NCBI GenBank assembly: GCA_023408315.1
Contig: JAEYKI010000015.1
Span: forward strand, 8,985 to 40,984
Source of the DNA: Bacillota bacterium
Lineage (GTDB): Bacteria > Bacillota > Clostridia > Christensenellales > Christensenellaceae
Length of the DNA stretch: 32,000 nucleotides
Direction: 5' to 3'
The position numbers were made by a program, and so were the translations under genes. A model generated the notes under the pieces. The model did no database searches. It was not told where the DNA came from and was given only the letters and a program-made list of their open reading frames with translations. Shown here in pieces: positions 27,437 through 32,000 of the stretch. Each line of letters begins with the position of its first letter. Position 1 is the first letter of the stretch.

Positions 27437-28948
27437 GTGTCAGAATATTTGCTGGAAATGAAAAATATAACGAAAAGTTTTGGCGGTGTCCAGGCGCTAA
27501 AAAACGTTTCGATCAATTTAAAGAAAAATGAGATTCTAGCGTTGGTGGGAGAGAATGGTGCAGGAAAATCCACATTGATGAAAATTCTCAGCGGCAGCTA
27601 TTCTCATATGTCTTATGATGGTGAGATATGGATAGAAGGTTCGAAGAAGAATTTTGCTACCCCGGCTGATTCTGAGTCTAGTGGAATCGAAATGATTTAT
27701 CAAGAGATCAGCGCCCATCTTGATTTAAGCGTTGCCGAAAACATTTTTTTGGGACGCATTCCGGTCAAAAGCGGCATTGTACAGTGGAACAGGATGTTTG
27801 AGGAAGCAAAAATTTACACGGATATGGTCGGTCTTGATGTTTCTGTTCAGCAACCCGTAAGTGATCTGTCTACTAGCCAACTGCAGATGGTTACCATTGC
27901 CAGAGCGTTGTCCAGGAATCCTAGAATTCTCGTTTTGGATGAGCCGACAAGTGCACTTACAGAGAAAGAAGTAGCGCATTTGTTTGAAAACCTTTTTAAG
28001 TTGCGTGATCAAGGCATTTCCTGTATTTATATCAGTCATAAAATTAAAGAGGTAATGTATCTGGCGAATCGAGTGACTGTCCTAAGGGATGGGTGCAATG
28101 TTAGTACCAACGATATTAAAGAAGTAACGGCGGATAATATTGTAGAAAAAATGGTAAACCGCAAAATTGTTAACATGTATCCCAAAGAAGATGTTCAAAT
28201 TGGAGAAGAAGTTTTACGAATAGAAAATTTAGTCGTTCCTCATCCGTTTAACCCAGGTAAAAATATTGTAGATAATGTATCTTTCAATTTGCATAAGGGT
28301 GAGATATTAGGTCTTGTAGGCCTGGTAGGTTCAGGCAGGAGCGAGACTGTCAATGCGATTGTCGGCGCGATTAAGGCGGCTTCAAAAGATATTTATTTGG
28401 AAGGAAAGAAAGTTCAGATCAGGAATCCTCGTGACGCCATAAAAAAAGGGATTGTATTGCTGAGCGAAGACCGCAAAATAAACGGTTATGTACCGACTTT
28501 GGATATAGCGGGCAATATTTCGCTGGCCAGCATTAATAAAATTTCACGGAGATACATACTTCAGAAGAAAAAAGAAAAAGAGTATGCACTTAAATATATT
28601 CAGAATCTCAGTATAAAAGTTCGCAATGAACTTGACGACGTATTGAATTTGTCCGGAGGTAACCAGCAAAAGGTAGTTTTAGCTAAATGGCTTATGACTG
28701 AGCCCCGCGTGTTGCTCTTGGATGAACCTACGAGAGGCATTGATGTTGGCGCAAAGAGCCAAATATATCAGATCATGTCCGATTTAGCTAAGCAAGGTAT
28801 GGCAATTGTAATGATTTCTTCTGAACTGCCCGAACTTGTTGGGATGTGCGACCGCTTTATTGTGCTGTCCGAAGGCCGGCAAAAGGCGGAATTAGGGCGG
28901 GGAGACGCCGATGAAGAGAAGTTTTTGCGTATAACCACAAATGGCTGA
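27437..28948 (+). CDS. ABC sugar transporter ATP-binding protein (RbsA/MglA-like, two ABC domains)
   Basis: GTG start after gggaggg RBS: (M)SEYLLEMKNITKSFGGVQALKNVSI...GENGAGKSTLMKILSG...LSTSQLQMVTIARAL...LDEPTSAL; second domain LSGGNQQKVVLAKWLMTEPRVLLLDEPTRGIDVGAK. Confidence 0.95.
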   Translation: MSEYLLEMKNITKSFGGVQALKNVSINLKKNEILALVGENGAGKSTLMKILSGSYSHMSYDGEIWIEGSKKNFATPADSESSGIEMIYQEISAHLDLSVAENIFLGRIPVKSGIVQWNRMFEEAKIYTDMVGLDVSVQQPVSDLSTSQLQMVTIARALSRNPRILVLDEPTSALTEKEVAHLFENLFKLRDQGISCIYISHKIKEVMYLANRVTVLRDGCNVSTNDIKEVTADNIVEKMVNRKIVNMYPKEDVQIGEEVLRIENLVVPHPFNPGKNIVDNVSFNLHKGEILGLVGLVGSGRSETVNAIVGAIKAASKDIYLEGKKVQIRNPRDAIKKGIVLLSEDRKINGYVPTLDIAGNISLASINKISRRYILQKKKEKEYALKYIQNLSIKVRNELDDVLNLSGGNQQKVVLAKWLMTEPRVLLLDEPTRGIDVGAKSQIYQIMSDLAKQGMAIVMISSELPELVGMCDRFIVLSEGRQKAELGRGDADEEKFLRITTNG

Positions 28949-28995
28949 TGTGGCTTCAAACGGGGAATCCCGTCAAATAAAAAGGAGGAAAAAAC

Positions 28996-30069
28996 ATGAG
29001 AAAGATTTTTGTTTTGATCTTGGTAGCTAGCCTACTCTTATCTCTGGTAGCGTGTTCTGGCAATGGAGCCCAAGCAGGCGCTGCGACGAGTGGAGAGGCG
29101 GCCAGCAGCAGTGCTCCGGTTAGTGAATCCGCAGCAGCCGCAAGTTCACAAGGATCGTCGGCGAAACAGCCCCATATCGTTTTGGTTAACGCAATTGTTG
29201 GACATCCGGTATATGAGCAGCAGGCTGAAGCTGCCAGAGAGGCAGCCGCAGATTATAATGTAAAGCTGGATATTATCGGGCCGCCTATGGGAGACAGTGA
29301 TCTTGTAGGTACCACTGTAACCAACTTTGATAATGCAATTGCTATGCATCCCGACGCCATAATTACCGAGCCTTGGGATCCGTCCTTCATGGCATCAATG
29401 AGTAAGATCCGTCAAGCGGGCATTCCAAACTTTTGTACAAGTAACGCTCCAACCAATGCGGATGACTATGTCGCTATGATTGGTACGGATAATATTAAAT
29501 ATGGTCAGACTGCTGCCGAAATGATTGCCCAAAAGACCGGCGGCAAAGCAAATGTGCTTATCATGTTCGCTAATCTTGCAGCAGCAAACCAGATGGAACA
29601 AGCAAAAGGGTTTGAAGATGCGATAGCAAAGAATTACCCCAACATTAAGGTAGTTGCCAAAGATGCGGATAACGCGGACGCTTCAAAAGCCGTTACTCAG
29701 TTTGAACAGGATTTTAAAGCTTACCCGGAAATCGATGTGGTTCTGATGCTTGAGGGTACCGGCGGACCTTCTGCGGCTCAGGTGGCTGCCGAGATGAATA
29801 AGAAAGTTCTGATTCTCGATATTGATGCAACTGATCAGACAATTGCCAATATTACCAAAGGTACCGAATGGGCTACCTTGGCTCAAAACTTCTATAAAAG
29901 GGGATACGAGAGCGTACGTATGGCTGCCGAATATTTACAGAACGGCAATGCAAGTTCCTTTAACAAGGATAATGACTCGGGTACTGTATTGATTGATTCT
30001 TCCAATGTTGCTGACTATAAAGCGGTGCTGCAAGCTGCAATCAATAAAAAGGGGACTCCTTTGAAATAA
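28996..30069 (+). CDS. ABC sugar-binding lipoprotein (periplasmic-binding type 1 family)
   Basis: 357 aa; signal/lipobox LLLSLVACSGNG; PHIVLVNAIVGHPVYEQQAEAAREAAADYNVKLDIIGPP...HPDAIITEPWDPSFMASMSKIRQAGIPNFCTSN. Confidence 0.92.
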   Translation: MRKIFVLILVASLLLSLVACSGNGAQAGAATSGEAASSSAPVSESAAAASSQGSSAKQPHIVLVNAIVGHPVYEQQAEAAREAAADYNVKLDIIGPPMGDSDLVGTTVTNFDNAIAMHPDAIITEPWDPSFMASMSKIRQAGIPNFCTSNAPTNADDYVAMIGTDNIKYGQTAAEMIAQKTGGKANVLIMFANLAAANQMEQAKGFEDAIAKNYPNIKVVAKDADNADASKAVTQFEQDFKAYPEIDVVLMLEGTGGPSAAQVAAEMNKKVLILDIDATDQTIANITKGTEWATLAQNFYKRGYESVRMAAEYLQNGNASSFNKDNDSGTVLIDSSNVADYKAVLQAAINKKGTPLK

Positions 30070-30075
30070 AATAGG

Positions 30076-30126
30076 GTTTTATGGGGGCCTGTCTAGGTGT
30101 ATATCTAGTATCAGGCCCCATAAAAC
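30076..30126. terminator. Strong intercistronic hairpin between binding protein and LacI regulator
   Basis: gttttatggggGcctg ... caggccccataaaac, 15-bp stem with one bulge; symmetrical T/A-rich flanks. Confidence 0.6.
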
Positions 30127-30140
30127 AATCGAGGTTGGAT

Positions 30141-31127
30141 ATGGTAAGGCTGAAAGATATTGCTGATAAAGCAGGAGTGACTGTGGGGTCAGTCTCGAAG
30201 GCATTAAGCGGCAGCCCCGAAATTAGTGCATCAACTGCACAACGTGTAAAAACGGCAGCTTATGAGATAGGATACCGCTCTAAGAAAACATCAAAAAATA
30301 CAAAATCAATCGGTATCGTTCTGCCTGAAGTTCGGAGTCACTATTATGCTGAGTTAATGCATTCTTTAAATGATGAAATAAGTAAATATGGGTACTCAAC
30401 AATTACAATGCTAAGCGGCTTTACTACGGAAGGCGTTTTAAACGCATATGAAAATATGCTTCAGCATGATATTAAGGGCCTGTTTATAAGCGGCGTTACT
30501 TTTTTAACCGAATCATTATGTAAGCGCATCATTGCTGAAGGGGTTCCGACAGTACTTTTTACTGAGTACAAATTCCCTTATGCCATTGATTCCATTTATG
30601 TAAAAACAGATAATGTACTGCGTCTTGCCGTGGAACATTTGAAGCAGCTGGGTCATAAGAAAATAGGCTATTTGGGAGAATTTAATTCAAATGTCAGATA
30701 TGACGCCTTATGCGAAGTCCTGAAACAAAACAGCCTTGAGATTAATCCTAAGTTTGTTAAAAAAGGCAAAGAAAGATTCGAATTGGGAGGTTATTTGCGC
30801 GCTTGCGAGCTGTTGCAGGAAAAAGAGCTTCCAACAGCGGTCATTACGAGTTATGACCAGATGGCTTTTGGCGCAATGCGCGCTTTTTTTGAAAAAGGAA
30901 TTAAAGTTCCGGATGATATTTCCATTGTGGGCGTTGATAATCTTGTTTTAGATGAATATCTCCCTGTTCAGATTACGAGTGTCAACAGTCCGGTCCAAAA
31001 AATGGGAGTCATCGCTGCGAAATTATTGCTAGATAACATTGGAAACCCATCTGCGCATGTGGTGCAAAATGTTTCGTTGCAGAGCAAGCTGATTATTCGG
31101 AATTCAACCAGTTCTCCAAATAGGTAG
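30141..31127 (+). CDS. LacI-family transcriptional regulator
   Basis: MVRLKDIADKAGVTVGSVSKALSGSPEISASTAQRVKTAAYEIGYR; ligand-binding domain ISIVGVDNLVLDEYLPVQITSV. ATG 30141 preferred over 30081. Confidence 0.94.
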   Translation: MVRLKDIADKAGVTVGSVSKALSGSPEISASTAQRVKTAAYEIGYRSKKTSKNTKSIGIVLPEVRSHYYAELMHSLNDEISKYGYSTITMLSGFTTEGVLNAYENMLQHDIKGLFISGVTFLTESLCKRIIAEGVPTVLFTEYKFPYAIDSIYVKTDNVLRLAVEHLKQLGHKKIGYLGEFNSNVRYDALCEVLKQNSLEINPKFVKKGKERFELGGYLRACELLQEKELPTAVITSYDQMAFGAMRAFFEKGIKVPDDISIVGVDNLVLDEYLPVQITSVNSPVQKMGVIAAKLLLDNIGNPSAHVVQNVSLQSKLIIRNSTSSPNR

Positions 31128-31151
31128 TAATTGAAAACGAGGAGTGACAAA

Positions 31152-32000
31152 GATGTCTGATAAAAAGGTAGGTTTTGTGTGTTTTGGCGAAATAAATACA
31201 CCTTATGATAAACTTCAGATAAAACATGATGAAGCACTTGCGTCCCTAACAAAGCTGAATTACGACATTTTAGATACTGGGATTGTTATAGATGATATTG
31301 AATATAAAACCGCTGATAATGCTGTAAAGAAATTAAAACAGTTTGAAATGGATTGTTTGATTGTCTGTGTTGCCGGTTGGATCCCGACTCATGCTGTTAT
31401 ACGTGTTACCGATGCTTTTCGGCACGTTCCAATATTGCTTTGGGGCCTTTGCGGGTGGCATGAAAACGGACATCTGGTAACTACAGCTCCGCAGGCGGGC
31501 ACGACTGCGGTTAGGCCAGTTTTGGAAGCGTTAGGTTATACTTTTAAATATGTGTACAGTGTAATAAATCAGCCTGTTCCATTCCAAAAGATTGATGCTT
31601 TTGTTTCTGCCTGTTATGCAGCGAATTGCCTTCGAAAAGCCCGCGTGGGTACCATGGGGTACAGGGATATGCTTTTGTACGGGACTCAATATGAAGGAAA
31701 TTCGCTGCGCGGAAAGATAGGCGTGGAAGTAGAGCCATTTGAAATGCTTGAAATGTTGCAAAACATGGAGCATTTGGACTTGGCTCAAATACAGGAAGCC
31801 TTGGATTATGTAAAAAAATTCTGGAATTTTGTCAAGCCTTGTGACGATATGGTTATTGAGCAGGGGATTAAATATGCGCTTGCAATTGGCAAAAAGATCA
31901 AAGAACGGGGATATGAGGCAATTTCTTTGATTGATGTTGACGGGATGAAGAAACTGCTGGGTTTTCCGCCTGCCATGGTGTTTATGCTGCTAGAACACTA
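31152..32000 (+). CDS. L-fucose/L-arabinose isomerase-like family protein, partial (runs off window)
   Basis: MSDKKVGFVCFGEINTPYDKLQIKHDEALASLTKLNYDILDTGIVIDDIEYKTADNAVKKLKQFEMDCLIVCVAGWIPTHAVIRVTDAFRHVPILLWGLCGWHENGHLVTTAPQAGTTAVRPVLEALGYTFKYVY; fold-level resemblance only. Confidence 0.7.

Noticed and set aside
1-32000. CRISPR arrays, rRNA genes, retron/phage defence modules
   Set aside because: Read through for regularly spaced repeats, rRNA blocks and reverse-transcriptase or nuclease signatures; none seen by eye.

Overview
Window from a bacterial (probably Firmicutes; inferred from gene style only) chromosome. Left to right it carries: (1) a minus-strand pair, an ankyrin-repeat lipoprotein (truncated by the window edge; absent from the ORF track because it has no stop in the window) and a 583-aa protein with two N-terminal peptidoglycan-binding-like repeats and a DUF4474-like C-terminus; (2) an IS3-type transposase with short relics of the same IS nearby; (3) a complete kdpFABC-kdpDE potassium-transport operon bracketed by two ~240-bp non-coding direct repeats; (4) a minus-strand cation P-type ATPase whose leader looks like a yybP-ykoY (Mn2+) riboswitch followed by two terminator-like hairpins; (5) the most notable region, a compact arsR - hgcA - hgcB - FAD/NAD(P) disulfide oxidoreductase with rhodanese domain - acr3 cluster, i.e. 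mercury-methylation genes (HgcA cap-helix motif NVWCAAGK; HgcB with two 4Fe4S motifs, including CMECGAC, and a terminal Cys pair) next to an arsenite-efflux-type permease under an ArsR-family regulator; (6) a carbohydrate-type region: YjbQ-like protein and archaeal-type triosephosphate-isomerase paralog (minus), divergent from SIS isomerase - DeoR regulator - MFS transporter, then an ABC sugar importer (permease, ATPase, binding protein), LacI regulator and a fucose/arabinose-isomerase-like protein running off the window. All calls are from reading sequence and motifs; no database search was run.
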